DNA of 64,000 bases from Dudresnaya verticillata (taxonomy: Eukaryota): assembly GCA_977862235.1 (NCBI GenBank), contig OZ374558.1, forward strand, positions 2,914,001 through 2,978,000, read 5' to 3'. The notes under the pieces are model-generated. The model saw only the letters and a list, made by a program, of their open reading frames with translations. It had not been told where the DNA came from and searched no databases. Below, piece after piece: positions 1 to 12,574 of the stretch (positions within the stretch are counted from its first letter, which is position 1; each line of letters opens with the position of its first letter). The translations under genes were made by a program, and so were the position numbers.

Positions 1-989
1 ATGTTCTGTGCCTGCTTTTCCGAAGACTGGTGCTAACCTCGACGTGTTTCAATACACGGACACAAGTGGTTAATGCGCTAATGGTGACCAACAGTTTCTG
101 CCATCTTCGGAGTCGGGCATGGGTCTGTAGATCTCGGACAGAAGCCATAAACGAGGTAGCAGGAATGAAAGAAGGTTAGAGGTTAGAGTTGTAGAGCGGT
201 GAACAGATCGAGGTCTTGGGACTCTTGTCCCTTTTGCAGCTTGTCGCACCAAGTTTGTCGGCTGCAGATGGACGCTTGTGCGCATGGCGGCGCAGTAGGG
301 CGTGTGTACTGCACTTTTTCTGCGATAGAAGCCATTCGGCCTGGATCAGAGGGGCATAACTTTACGCATCGGCGTACGCGTGCTTCTGCGAGCGGTGTAC
401 GGCCTTGGTTGTCGGGCGAGTGTGGGGAACGTCTGACGACGTTCTTCGGCTGCATGACGGCGATACCCGCCGCCGGCAGGGGACTGGGGAGGTAAACTGT
501 TTCGACCGCAAACCAATTCAAAAATGCAAACCTACTGTGTCGGAGTGGACAGTCGACTGCAAACAAATTCAAAAAATGCAAACCTACTCTCAATCCGGAT
601 CAGCTCGGCTGGAGCCGTTTAGGGAATAGTCGCATTACAGTAATGAGACTCCGGGAGGCACCGTGGCACCAGTTCTTTTTGTGAAGAAATTAATAAGGGG
701 GGTGGGGTTACAGCGGATTTTGCTCTGCTGCGACTCGCCCTGATTTTTTACAGATGGGAGGTTTCCCCGCGTTGCAGTGGACTACGGTATACCACACCAA
801 CAGAACTTGAACCACTGAATTTCCGTTAGCGCATAAACCTTGTAAATGTCCTTAGCACCAACCTATGTACTTTCGAGGGCACGCTCCATCCGCAAGTTCC
901 GGTAACGCAGCTTTTGAGCTGCAATAATTCCAGCATCACACTGCTGAAATTTAGACGTGTAGTTCGAAGGCAGCGAATAGATTCTGGTA

Positions 990-1412
990 TTATACAGCTC
1001 TGGGATATTGCCTTTTTCCATGTGCACTGCAATTGTCTGACAACAGCCACACAGAGCGACCAAGCGTCTTAAACATGAGGGAATCAAATCATTTCCGCCA
1101 TTGGAAGAAAAGCACTGTAGTCCTGAAACGATTCAGCATTCCCTTCCACTAGTCAATGGTCTTGACAATCTCAATGCAAGTTTCCATCAAAGTGCGATAG
1201 TTGTCTCAAGGGAAAGTCGACTCGCAAAGCGCGTTTTTGTGGCCACAGATGAAGACCAGAAGTGTACACACCCCATAAATCTTTTCCACTCTGATTTAGT
1301 TGCCCCCTCCCGTCGCCATTCCATCAGGGGTGCGCGGCATTTCGTGACTCTACTCGATGACCACAGTTCCTTGTCTCTCGTACGTTTCGTCTCCGGGAAG
1401 GGAAATGCCAGC
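990..1412 (+). pseudogene. Ty1/Copia integrase N-terminal fragment (degenerate)
   Basis: Frameshifted CDSCLKGKSTRK (zinc-binding CxxC) followed by FHSDLVAP..SIRGARHFVTLLDDHS, the typical Copia rve-core start. Confidence 0.75.
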
Positions 1413-1417
1413 AAAAC

Positions 1418-1530
1418 AGAAAGAAGAAATGCCACTACGGTGCACGACTTGGTCACATCAAGCCCGACTGTTTTGATAATCTAGAGAGCCCTTGCTACCG
1501 AACTCGCGATGCAAATGGAAAACCACAAGG
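1418..1530 (+). pseudogene. Retroelement gag zinc-knuckle fragment
   Basis: Translates KKCHYGARLGHIKPDCFDN (degenerate CX2CX4HX4C); abuts the integrase fragment out of normal order. Confidence 0.5.
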
Positions 1531-1534
1531 ACAC

Positions 1535-2554
1535 TTGGTCAACTGGGCCACAACGCCGGCACACGGACGACGGTGAGTGCGCACAAATATAACACGTGTC
1601 CACGGAGTGTACACGTAGCCCACACGTGACTACCTACGCGCTGGTCGATCAGTCGCACCCAGACCCGTCGAAGGGTGGTAGCTGTGGTGGTAGAGCGGCG
1701 GTGTCGGCCGCGCGCGCCGTCGACGGTCGCGGATCAACGGCGTCGAAGCCTGAGCGCGCACGGGGCGTACCGTACGCGGGCGGCAGCGGCCGGATCCCTG
1801 CGTCCCCGTCGTGGGGCGGCACGAAGCCGACGGTAGGGAAAGGAAAAGGAAAGCCTAGGCGGCTAGGGAAAGAGGGAGGCCGTAGGGCGAAGGACTGGGA
1901 AAGAAACCCAAAGCAGAAAGGGGCAAGCCTGGCGTAGGCTGGCTTCCCTGGTTTACTGAAGCCCAGGAGGGCGACTACTAGATATACTACAGGGCCTGCA
2001 GCGGCACCAACCCGGGAGGTGCGCCGGCGCGCCCCAACACGCGTCGACGCGTACGGGTAACGGTAACCCGGGGGAAGACAGTGGAAAAATCAAGGGAAAA
2101 TCTAACTCGCATGGCCAACCACTAACGCGCAAGTACTTGGTTTAGTCTCGCAAGGGCCTTATAATGGCCCGACGCCGGAACACAAGTAGATATTATGGCC
2201 GACGGGGAGTAATCTCGGCCACTAACTGTAGAATAGCTCTAGACTAGCCCAGATGGCCGATTTTGGGCCTACTTAGCTGGCCACATGCCACGGCTTAGCC
2301 GAAATGGGTACGAAGCCGTCCCCCCAGAGGTTGGGAGTAAAATTAGCAACCGAACCCCCGCCTTGGCCATTTTCTATCCTCATCGTAGATTTGGCCACGA
2401 CTTCGTCTGCGCGCTCCCGCTCTACCACGCTTGCTACCGGCGCGCAGGTCCGCTCTACCTTCTGGTCAGTTTTCCAAGAAATCCGTCAGGTCTTCCTGGT
2501 CCTTTAGGGTCTCGTTTTGGCGCCGCACTCGGTGGTGCTTTTCGAGATACTACA
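1535..2554 (+). mobile_element. Chimeric LTR remnant (family B backbone with an internal family E module at ~1637-2074)
   Basis: 2075-2554 aligns with 15178-15657 and ends TTCGAGATACTACA; 1637-2074 is near-identical to 23305-23745; 5' boundary approximate. Confidence 0.75.
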
Positions 2555-2864
2555 GAGCTGCCCTTCTCACTCTAGTTTCTACTGCCTAACTTATCCCCCT
2601 TGTCCGAGCACCCAGCAAGGAGCGCGGTGTCATTCGAGACCTTTCGCGCTCGTCTTCCTGGGGGCTTCGACGACATCCTCGTCCGAATTACAGTCCGTTG
2701 GGAAAGTAGCTTGCTTCGCACACCATGCTGAGGACACGAGCTTAGTGCGCTCGTCACGAACGTTAGGCACAGAGCAGTCGTGCTTTAACCATAGCGGTCA
2801 GGCTGCTCCGTTTAAACTGCAGCTTCGCGAAAAGAAAACCATGCTCTAGAATAATCATTAGGTA

Positions 2865-3015
2865 AATAATGTGTCCGCTCACGAGACCCAGGTAATTTAT
2901 TGTGTCCGCTCACGCGACCCGGAAGCGCGTATGTGTGCAGGAGCGCTGTAGAACCACTAATTTGTACTGTAACCGACAGTCGGTATTTATCGTGTTAATA
3001 AGTAACGCTAGAATG
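2865..3015 (+). mobile_element. Fragment of a family D-related LTR
   Basis: GGTAATTTATTGTGTCCGCTCAC..ACCACTAAT resembles 28315-28400. Confidence 0.55.
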
Positions 3016-3089
3016 TTGGCGTATAGATCAATGTACACCTCCACGTCTTGGTACCCTGCTGTTGTTAAGACTTGCTGCGCGCATAATTT

Positions 3090-3365
3090 CCCACACTGTA
3101 CCGAAGACTGCAGTGCTACAGTGAGGGAGTGCAGTACTACTGTCGAGCGCTGCGTTGTATCAAATTGCACACACTGTACTGAGGACTGCAGTGCTACAGG
3201 AAGAGCGTTCAGTGCTGTTGTCAAGATTTCGGTTACGTGGATCTGCACATACCGTACCCAGATGTACAGAATTAAGTGAGAGACTACAGTGCTGTTGTGG
3301 TATGCGTCCTGCGCAGAATGGGCACAGTGTGTAACAATAGAGCGTGTGCTACAGTGAGACTGCTA
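3090..3365. repeat. Degenerate tandem repeat (~75-80 bp unit, CACTGTAC..GACTGCAGTGCTACAG)
   Basis: Motif recurs at ~3093, ~3172, ~3280, ~3345. Confidence 0.6.
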
Positions 3366-3831
3366 GGGAGCGGGAGTGCTGGCGATAATCTGGAACATCC
3401 GGGCTGTTTATCAGTAATAAGACGAATTGTTTTCGTCAACAAAAAGATACATGACCGATAACTGTGACATCATACACAGATGCGGTCACAGAATGGAGCA
3501 ATACAGTATTCTGGCACAAATATGATATCGATTACGCCTTGTAGGGCAGCACTCGAAAATGTTGCTGAAAGAACTGTGCCCGATATATCCACACTCCAAT
3601 ATTGTTATTGAAGCCTTGGAAATTGGTAACATCATATGCGGTATATAGTCACACCATGCTGCAACTTGTAGCCTAGTCAAATGATGTTACCTTAGTACAG
3701 GTGTCCTGGGTGTTTCCGCCGTCTACCTGACCCGAGGGAATTCTATTACAACTTGACCCACCCCTTGTCTTTGGCCTCCCAATATCTGCTACGGTTAGCC
3801 GCTTTCTGTTCTCCCGTCTCGGTGCAAAATT

Positions 3832-3970
3832 TGCGGAAGAATGAGCCACAGCAGAGTGCGAGTGCACTGTAAGACGCGCACGCGCATCCAGATGTAAGAA
3901 AAGTGCGCGTATCAAGCTGTAAGGCTTGGATAAGCGCCGTGCGCTGTAAGGATAATGGGCACTACTGGAG
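3832..3970 (+). mobile_element. 5' fragment of a family D-related LTR
   Basis: TGCGGAAGAATGAGCC..ATCAAGCTGTAAGG..GCTGTAAGG matches the start of LTR D (40538). Confidence 0.65.
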
Positions 3971-5199
3971 TATAGTAGAATGGCTTTCAAGCCAGAAACA
4001 GACGGCACCACGGGACGACAGCTGTCCTGAAAGTGAATCCGTCTCGCGTGGTAGGTAGCTGGGTAAAGGGGATGGTACAGACTGGAGAGGACTAGGAGCC
4101 CTGACAAACGGGAAAAGGGAAGGCGAACCGACTGCTTAGAGCGGTCGTCGTAAGTAGCACGACTTGTAGACGCCTAATGGGGTATATCGCGGTGGCACCG
4201 CAAAAAGGTCCAGAGAGGAAAAAACACAAGGCACACTCCGCTGCCCGTTTAGTGTGGGGCCTCTGCTACTCAGGGACCTAATGTGGTATAGACGCTGTGC
4301 GGAAAACGACTCCGTGGTATGCGTGAAAATAATCGAGAAATACGAATTTCGAAGTGACTCCGTGAACGCTCTCGCCACAATGGCAAACGTATTGCAGCGC
4401 GCATACTGTGCGCGCGCCACGATGGCATTCGCATTACAGTGCGCATCGAATACGAACTCGCTGACACCTCCGTGTTTTCCCGCTGTTTCCTGCTCGAACA
4501 GCTACGAAGCCGACGACGCGCGTGCACCTCCGTATGCATTTCTGGCGTACTTCGTAACCGCCACCATACGTGAGACGACCGTTCGTTGGCTCCGAGGCCG
4601 TTATGAATTATTCGAGTACGAACCGTCTCCCGTATTGACGTGCATTCGTGCTCAGGTAGTAGTACTGAGGCAGTGGTCTCTCACAACCTCCGAGGGTTTC
4701 CGGGAAGCGACTAGCGCCCGGACCTCGGAGACTTCGATTAAACTTCCCTTTCTTCGTGTCTCGGTGTCTTCGAGTTCGTGTACGCCGATACGGTTGAGTC
4801 TCGCTTTCGATAGCCTCGCGCACTCATATAGTCTCCGGTGATCGATTGCTCGTAGTTCTCCCTTCCGCACACGTATTCGTTGACACCGTAGTCCTCGGCG
4901 TCGTTTGTCCCGCTCTATCACGCTACCACCCCTTTTCCTTCCTTCGTTTTCCCTTAGGCTACGAGGCCACACGTTCGGATCCGAGGCCGTCGCTTACAGA
5001 GCGAGACTTCCCCCGTCTCCGTGGACATCCATTATACCACACCTACTAAATACGGCGTGTCCCGTGTCGGAGCCGGAAAGGCACTACCTGCTCAATTAGA
5101 GCTATAATGCTATTCATTGTCTAATGCTATACACTAACTTGCTATCGAGTTAAACGCAATAGAATAGGGAAAGATATCCAGTTCGGTAAGACCACCGCA
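3971..5199 (-). mobile_element. Reverse-oriented D-related LTR remnant, interrupted by solo LTR A
   Basis: TATAGTAGAATGGC is the near reverse complement of the LTR D end GCCATTCTACTACA; other end CCACCGCA; no TSD found. Confidence 0.45.
4282..5041 (+). mobile_element. Solo LTR, family A
   Basis: TGTGGTATA...TATACCACA termini; homologous to 16500-17252; TSD CCTAA/CCTAC (4/5). Confidence 0.9.
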
Positions 5200-5428
5200 G
5201 TGTCTATTATAATATTGGATCAAACATGTATGACTCGGCCTTTTTCCGTGACTTGATCGATCACATGGTCACATGGAGTTTCGCAATAATAACTGTACTG
5301 TACACTTGAAGAAGAGCACCAGCTGCTGCTGTTTAGAGTTCGCACTACCACCCAAACCCGAGGCTACGCAACCCTACTGCTTCCGACGAAAAACGAGGCA
5401 AATTGCGATTTTGAGATATTTTATTGCA

Positions 5429-6772
5429 ATGAATCCAAACCATCTTCAAGACGAGAGCGACGGTGATGACGATGACAACATCGCGCTGCTTCTCATTCAA
5501 CAATTTCTCCTCTCACAAGAAAAAGAGCCTCAACATGGAGGATCAACCTCCTGGAAAAGCTCCCAATACCAAACGAGACTTTTTAGCGGCCTATACAAGG
5601 CTGAATAGTGACTATTTCACCCATAGCCCTTTGTACAATGAGCGTACATTTGAACGCCGCTTCTGAATGCCCCGGTCGGTATTTCAGAAAGTTCGAAATG
5701 CTCTAAAGGGAAATGAGAAGTATTTTATTAGAAGGATCGAAACTTTGGGAAAAGGTGGTTTGTTTCCATTCCAAAAACGTTTTGCCTCCCTACGAATGTT
5801 GGCATACGGAACAGCTGTAGATGCTTGCGATGAATACGTGAAAATTAGCGAGACTTCTACACTTGAAAGCCTCAGACAATTTTGCAAAGAAACTGTAGAA
5901 TTGTTCGAAGAACAATACCTGCGATGCCCGAATAGCTCGGACTTTAAACGGATCCTGCACAGGAACGAGCAATGAGGACTACCAGGTTGCGCTGGGTCTA
6001 TTGCCTGCCAGCATTGGACTTGGAAAAACTGTCCTATTTTGCTTGAGCAGGTCAATTCAAGGGGAAGGAGAAAAATCCTACTGTCGTTCTAGAAGCAATT
6101 TGTGACAGGGATTTATGGATATGGCACTTCTATTTTGGTGCACTCGGACATCTCAATGACATAAATGTACCGGACACCTCTTCAACCGTCAGAGAAATTA
6201 TGCGTGGGACATTTCCACCCGAGTGCAAGTACTCCCTCAATGGGAAAACAAGGCGGCTGCTCTACTATCTTGCCGACGGGGTATACCCAAACTGGGCGCT
6301 CTTTGCAAAACTATTTCAGCACCCATCATCAGAGGAGGAACTGCTATACAGTAAGACGCAAGAAGCAGCTCGGAAAGATATTGAGAGGGCGTTTGGGGTT
6401 CTAATTTCTCGTTTCCACATTTTGTGGTATCCTGCTCGTTTTTGGTATCGAGAGGATCTCGTTCTTATAATGAAGACTTGCATAATTCTACGTAATATGA
6501 TTGTGGAAAGTAGAAGGAGTGCGTACCAGGGAAATGCTGACTTTGACTGGGACTCTGAAATTAATGACGAGGTCAGGAACTGCATTCACCATTACGACAG
6601 CCATGATGCTGAAACAGATTACTCATCTCTTACCGTCCCGAAATTAATATTCCCGTACCAGTTGGCAAAGCGAAGTGAAGAGATTAAGGACACTGTCGAA
6701 CATGTTCGTTTAAAACAGGACCTTGTGAAGCATGTTTGGAATCACTTTTCGCAATCGACGGATGAATCATAG
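5429..6772 (+). pseudogene. PIF/Harbinger DDE transposase (stops and frameshifts)
   Basis: FERRF.MPRSVF, LRMLAYG, YYLADGVYP, ARKDIERAFGVL..RFHIL, IMKTCIILRNMIVE motifs. Confidence 0.92.
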
Positions 6773-6845
6773 TCGTGATAATGAAAAATGGTGTTCAATA
6801 AAAGCAAACAGTACGTGTACTCGCGAGTATATATGTATAAAAGTT

Positions 6846-7650
6846 GTGCTCGTTTGATTAATTGCCACACTAACCAAGAGTCAATCGTTTGTAACATCGA
6901 CCAGGTGGTGAAACAGAATAGTACTACTCCTCACCATCTTGTACGTACTATTCTGTTTCAACACAGGTGGACCACAGGTGCCCATGGTGAAATAGATCAC
7001 GTGGTCGCCGCAATCATAAAGTAATTTTGAGAGCATTCTACATAGCTGCAGTTGTGCAGAAGGCTCTAAACATTATTGTATCACACTCAGTCTCACACAT
7101 GTTCACACATGTGTGAGACTGAGTGCACCATGCATACTGCTTGCTTCCACATGTGGAAGCAATGTTTTGCCACATGTGGAAGCCATGTTTTTGCTTCCAC
7201 ATGTGGAAGCAAACATTATGGGTAGATATATATGTAAAAGCTTTTATACCCATACCGCCCTAGGGCTCGTCCATTGACTCTTGATTAGTCAAACGAGCCC
7301 TTAAGCGTTTGTGACGTCGACCGTGTGGTGAATCAGAACAGTACTATTCTGTTTCACCACCGAGTGCGTACTATTCTGTTTCACCACAGATGGACCACAG
7401 GTGGTGAAACAGACCACGTGGCGGTACCACAAGTGAAACAGAATATTCGCATCTTACTGCGTGGCTATCATAAAGTAATTTTTAGAGCGTTCTGTATAAC
7501 TGAACTGCATGCAGCTGCTAGCTCTGCATGACTGCAATTATGCACAAGGCTGTAAACGTTGCAACATGTTGTACCACACTCAGTCACATGTGTGAGACTG
7601 AGTGTGGTACAATACTCACACATATGTGAGACTGAGTGTGGTACAACGAG
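6846..7650. repeat. Palindrome-rich MITE-like/duplicated insert between the Harbinger ORFs
   Basis: Inverted pair GCTCGTTTGA..AACCAAGAGTCAAT (6848-6885) / ATTGACTCTTGATTAGTCAAACGAGCCC (7273-7300); ~6887-7130 repeated at ~7307-7645. Confidence 0.6.
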
Positions 7651-7825
7651 ACCCTGCGCATTCTTATTTAATATTTCTAGTAAATATTGCAGTTGTTCTG
7701 GAATCGAGCTCGGGAAACAATCTCACGCCCTTTTTAGTTTGTAGAGAAACAAATCTGTTTGTATACAAAAAACATATCGATATGGTTACCTACGACGTAC
7801 ATTCGCACCACAGTCAACCTACAAA

Positions 7826-8965
7826 TTAGTCATCAAAGTTGAGGCGCATCCTATCTTGCAGGAAAATAGGTTCCGTTGGATCAGGGGTGAACATCTCAGG
7901 TTGCCTGTCGGGGTAGTTGTTAATGGAGAGACACATTCTCGGCGGAGTTGACAGATCGTTTGTGAGTATGTCATTAATACTCAAGACATTAGGACGCTGA
8001 CGCTTGAAATGGTGGCAGTCCGTCCCTTCATCAGAGTCGTCTGCGTTGTCCACTTGAATTACCTCTGCTCCCGTTTTTGTCCGTGCATTCTCATCAGTGT
8101 TGGACCTACTCAATGTGCCGTTTTGCCTGTCTACTGACTTTGCAATTGCCACAGAGCGGGAATCAGCAGCTTGATTATCTGCTGCGCGTCTTTTTGCTTT
8201 GGAAAGATAAATTGTTTGCAGGCAGGAAAAGAACTCCAGCTGCTCTTTATTCCCTTCCATCTCTGGTCGGGAAAGACCATGATACCATTGCGCTCCTCCA
8301 TGAGTTCTCTTTTTGCCCTAACGGAGTCTGCAATGTCCTTGACTGCGTCAGCAGAATTTTGGTCCTGCTTTTCTTTCTTCGGCGACTTCCTACCTGGTCC
8401 TTCATAGCGACCCCATCGTTTCTTGGTCTCTGCCCTTTCATCGTCATCTTCCAGCCCCATCTCCTCCTTTTTTCCTTTGGAAACGTCTCGTTCTTCGTGT
8501 TCCCCATTCATCCTTGACAAGCCCACACTTTCAGGACCAGACCACTGAGGGCGACATCGAAGTGCCTTCCATGCACGAACATCTACCCACGAGTCATGCG
8601 GGAAGTCTTTGTAATCGTACGACATAAGTTTGGCCTTACCGACATTGACCACCACGGCCATCGACCAAATTTCGCCTTCACCTACTCCAGTCGGTTGCAA
8701 GTTCTTCACCAGATGTAGCGACGAATAAATTTTCATCACATCTCAGTTAATGTCTTGGAAGTGGTTACGACAGCTCGAAACGGACCTGTTTCCGAACATC
8801 CCAGGAGGGCAAGGGGTCGGCGAACGTTGCGGAAAAATTGTGCAACGTCTTCGAAAACGTGTCTGCTTTTTGGTCAACTCCGGCAATTGGGTCTTAAGTG
8901 GCTTTGATGTCGGCCGTAGATAAAGTCTTGTGTTCTTCTTTGGTCCAGCTTTTTTCTATCCCCAT
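7826..8965 (-). pseudogene. Harbinger companion Myb/SANT-like (NAM-associated) ORF, degenerate
   Basis: SWTKEE..L...DPIAGVDQKADTF and AWKALRCRPQW motifs; convergent with the transposase. Confidence 0.75.
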
Positions 8966-9305
8966 TTCAAGAAAGACTGCTGGGAGGAAGACTGTTGTTT
9001 GAATGCCGCCGGCGGCTGGAAATAACGGAAACAATGTGTGGAAGGGAAGGGGATGAGTGCAGACTTGAGTGGCTCCTCGGCAATGCAGGCACCACGATTG
9101 CTTCGCTGGTTCAGATTTTATAGTACTATGACGTCGTTCAAAGAGAAGTTTTTCTGGACTTCTTTCATCTGACGTTGATAACCACTATTCCACCCCCAAA
9201 AACTGTACGGTCGCTAGCTTTGCTGCGATCGCTAGTGTCGCTACGGTCGCTAGCGACGCTAGAGACCGTACAGTGCATCGTTTTACCAATTTGAAGGCCA
9301 ACCTC

Positions 9306-10014
9306 GGTGGTAGCACAATGCGAACACTTTCGGGCCCACCCTACGATGTTTTGCAATGCAATGTGCAGAGAATTTGAGACGAGGTTGTGCACACAGAATT
9401 GGGTTGAGCACGCCCGTCACAGTTTTTAATGTGAGAAACTGGAAACACAGGGATGCGAGGTGGACCAAATGCGAAAAGCACGTGTCCTCATGAATACCAA
9501 TAGGCGGAGTTTCCGTCCTATCGTAGAAGCCAATAGCAAGAAAAAGAGGGCTATTCCTATTATTTACATAACGAATACGATATGAAAGGTATGCTTTCAC
9601 CTGCAGTGGCCTTCAAACTTTCCTATTGTGCTCTGAATACGATAGAATGCTCGCGGTGGGGATGCCCTAAGAGCATTCTTCCAATCTCAATAGGCCTCTG
9701 AGTATCAGGGGCAGTATCAGGGGCCTCCTGAATAGAACCCCACGGTGGGTTTGGGTTTTCCCTTCCTGTTCTGGAACCCAAAGATGCACCGTACCGTTCC
9801 GTTCAGGTTCTTTACGTGCTGTAGACACGCAAGATCGCGTACTTTGCGCCCCCTTGGGTTGCTCTACTTTTCTCCCTTTCCCTAGGCTCTGTGACTCACT
9901 CCTAAGCCTCTACCACCCCTTTTCCCTGTAGGCCAGCACCCCAGATAGTGGTGGCTGTAGGACAGGTGTCCGGGCTGTTTCGGCTTTTATTTGGCTTGCC
10001 GCTCTTCTACTACA
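9306..10014 (+). mobile_element. Degenerate solo LTR related to family D
   Basis: CCTGAATAGAACCC..GGTTTGGG..CCCTAGGC..GGACAGGTGTCC..TTCTACTACA parallels 28493-28787; start approximate. Confidence 0.7.
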
Positions 10015-10363
10015 AACTGCTCTACCATCCCATAGAAATAGTGTGTATGGCACTATCGTTACGTGAAGGAGAATTATGGTAGCTGTCCGTTGTGGAAGTT
10101 CGTGGGTTTTCACCACAACTCCTAGTAATGTGAGCTGCGAAAGCTCTAAGGATGGCCTAATCAACGGAGGGGATTTTTATACGTGGATAATTGCTCTGGG
10201 TATAATTAAAGCGATGCGGTTCATCATGATTTCGGAAACATCAGTACAGGGCTTCAGAGAATCCCTGCTAACTGTACAGATAGAGTTCACCCTGCGGATC
10301 AATTGATAATATAAAAGATTAAGGATGCGTACAAGCTCCGTTCGGAGGCGTTCATGTCTCAAA

Positions 10364-11219
10364 TGTGGTGCAAACCACGCGCGGCGCCCCCTATATAACT
10401 TACCGCCGCTGGCGTGAATACCGACCACGACGGGCTTCTACCGCCGTTCGGCGTGGGACACAATTTCGGAACCGCCCACAGGCGTTGTTGCGAATCCACT
10501 CGCTTCGCGGACAGAAACCGCCATTGGCGTACAAACCGTGACCAACTCGGCCGCGGCTCAGGTGCGGCAAATCGTCGAGTGTGGGTGACGTGGCATACGC
10601 GGCTGTACGCATTCACGTGGTACACGCGGGCATGCGCATAGCGGGGCCATGGGATCACACGTGTACGGTCTAGGCGTGGACCGCACTGTAAGGTGTAAGC
10701 TGTGACCACGTGTGGGTGTAAGCAACGGGTACGCACGTACCTGTCAGCAACGAGAGCGCACGGATCTATCAGCACACGGCTGCATCGCGACCGTACTTGT
10801 CAGATACACGACGTCAGGACACGTGTCCCGACTTCCCGCGCGCCAGCGTACCGCCACCGCCATGAGCGTAGTAGTAGTACTTAGTTAGTCCGTCTGAAGA
10901 CGTCAGAATAAACTCGGCCAAGCCGGCCCGGGACTTGAATGCCCTTCTCCGCTTGCGCCTACCACTTACCGCAGCCTGAAGCTTATGCGTCAGTATCCCC
11001 GTGCTTCCACGTTTTATACCGTCTCCTTAACGTGTTTCCTTTGGGTTTTGTGCCTTTTCTTTTTCCTTTTCCTTTTCCTTTACCCGATTTTCGCCCGGAG
11101 CCATTACAGTCGCCCTGTGGCGTTGCCTACCGCTCTACCACTACCGTCGTAGGACGACACCTCCCGCCGGGCCCCGAACACCCGGACGTGCTACCCGTCA
11201 AGAGACGGTTTGCACCACA
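10364..11219 (+). mobile_element. Solo LTR, family C
   Basis: TGTGGTGCAAAC...GTTTGCACCACA termini; TSD TCAAA/TCAAC; homologous to 62613-63132 and (inverted) 41709-42619. Confidence 0.85.
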
Positions 11220-11499
11220 TCAACAGGTTCAGAAGGGGAACTGGATGATTGCCGTGGATGGCTCTAGGGGGAGTTGAAAACCCCTGGAAAGCGTCTGTTT
11301 CTTTCTCTCATTACTGATGCCGTTGCCTATATGTGTTAATAGCCAGAGGGATCGGAACGGCCTGCGTTTTACCAGGAAGGTGATGGTTCTTTTCGGTATG
11401 TCCTTGGACGTGAACGGGAGTTGGGAAGAGAAGCAGTCTTCTTCTGAACTTCAGGGCATTGTAGCCCAGTACCGTGGCCACGTTGAAGGAAGCGTGGTG

Positions 11500-12030
11500 A
11501 AAAGAAATGAAAGCTTTATTGGGAGAGCTTCATTCACTAAACTAACGACAGAGGTATGTAGATGGTCTCAAATCAGTCATAGACACTCGCATATGGCTGT
11601 TAGACTAGAAAGAAAAGGCTAGAACGTGTTAGAGAAGGCAAAGTTGCTAACGGCGGGAGGGTGAGAAGGAATAACTTGCTTCGACTGTCTAAGATCAGAA
11701 AAGCCGAAGGCTTTTGTACCCGTAAATTGGAAGATCTTTCCGGTTCATCTTTGGAAGAACTCTCTGGTTCATCTTCGGAAGAACTCTCCCGTTTGGTCTC
11801 TCCTCTCTGTACGGTAATCCTTTGTTAGCGTTGCGGCGAGAGTGCGGGTGTGACACTGACTACTGACGCTAGAGTGTTCTGTTAGTATTGTGCCCAGAGC
11901 GTTGACACTTAAACTGATTACTGCTGCTATCCTGGTGTCGCATTAATGTTGCTGTTTGGGGACGTTCCGTAAGGTCACTATCTACTGTATACCTTTTCAA
12001 CCATGTAAAGAACCTTTGACACTCGATGTA
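11500..12030 (-). repeat. Isolated inverted copy of the YR-retroelement 3' terminal repeat
   Basis: Reverse complement of 43292-43825 including the 24-bp array and AATAAA. Confidence 0.85.
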
Positions 12031-12574
12031 AAGAATTGATACTCCGTTTTACTCCTCTTATATATATTAGGGTGATTTTGCGTTTTAGGGGGTGACAGGG
12101 TCCAAGTTTGCGGAGAAAGGGGGTGCAATTAGAGTTGTTGTGGCAGATGGGGTCCGCATTGAGAGACTTTGTTGGAAGTAGGGGTCGATATGTGCAGAAA
12201 CGGAGTCATGTCGGGGGTGGAAAGTTGAGTTTCACCCTGCATCTGGTTCAGAAAAACCAAATCTCAAATAAACAGAGCCATTTCACCCGTGCAAAACAGC
12301 AGTACCGGGGAAGTGTCAGCCCTCGAAAAGTGTAAGACGCCAAGTATCCCCAGATTCGACGGCCACTCTGGTTCATTTTGAGGATACCCGAGAGCTTCGG
12401 ATCGGGATTTCCAGAGTGAAACCAGTTCACCCCACCCTAAGAATCACCAGGTGTCGTGGCTCACCTTCTTTTATCAACACCTTGAACTTATCTGTTAACT
12501 CTGTCACCCTGCAATTCCACATCACGTACTGTGGTGTGGCACATATTGGTGTTCACATTGTCCAAAATATCAAG

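Noticed and set aside
503..590. Duplicated ~33-bp motif CAAACCAATTCAAAAATGCAAACCTACT
   Set aside because: Only two copies and no associated element identified
4254..4841. Recurring ORF MWYRRC..VKIIEKYEFRSDSV (also ~16500 and 22743)
   Set aside because: Translation of LTR A sequence; frames and stops differ among copies
10150..11270. Possible DIRS RT fragment (QKGNWMIAVD) flanking solo LTR C
   Set aside because: Only one short motif; too degenerate to support
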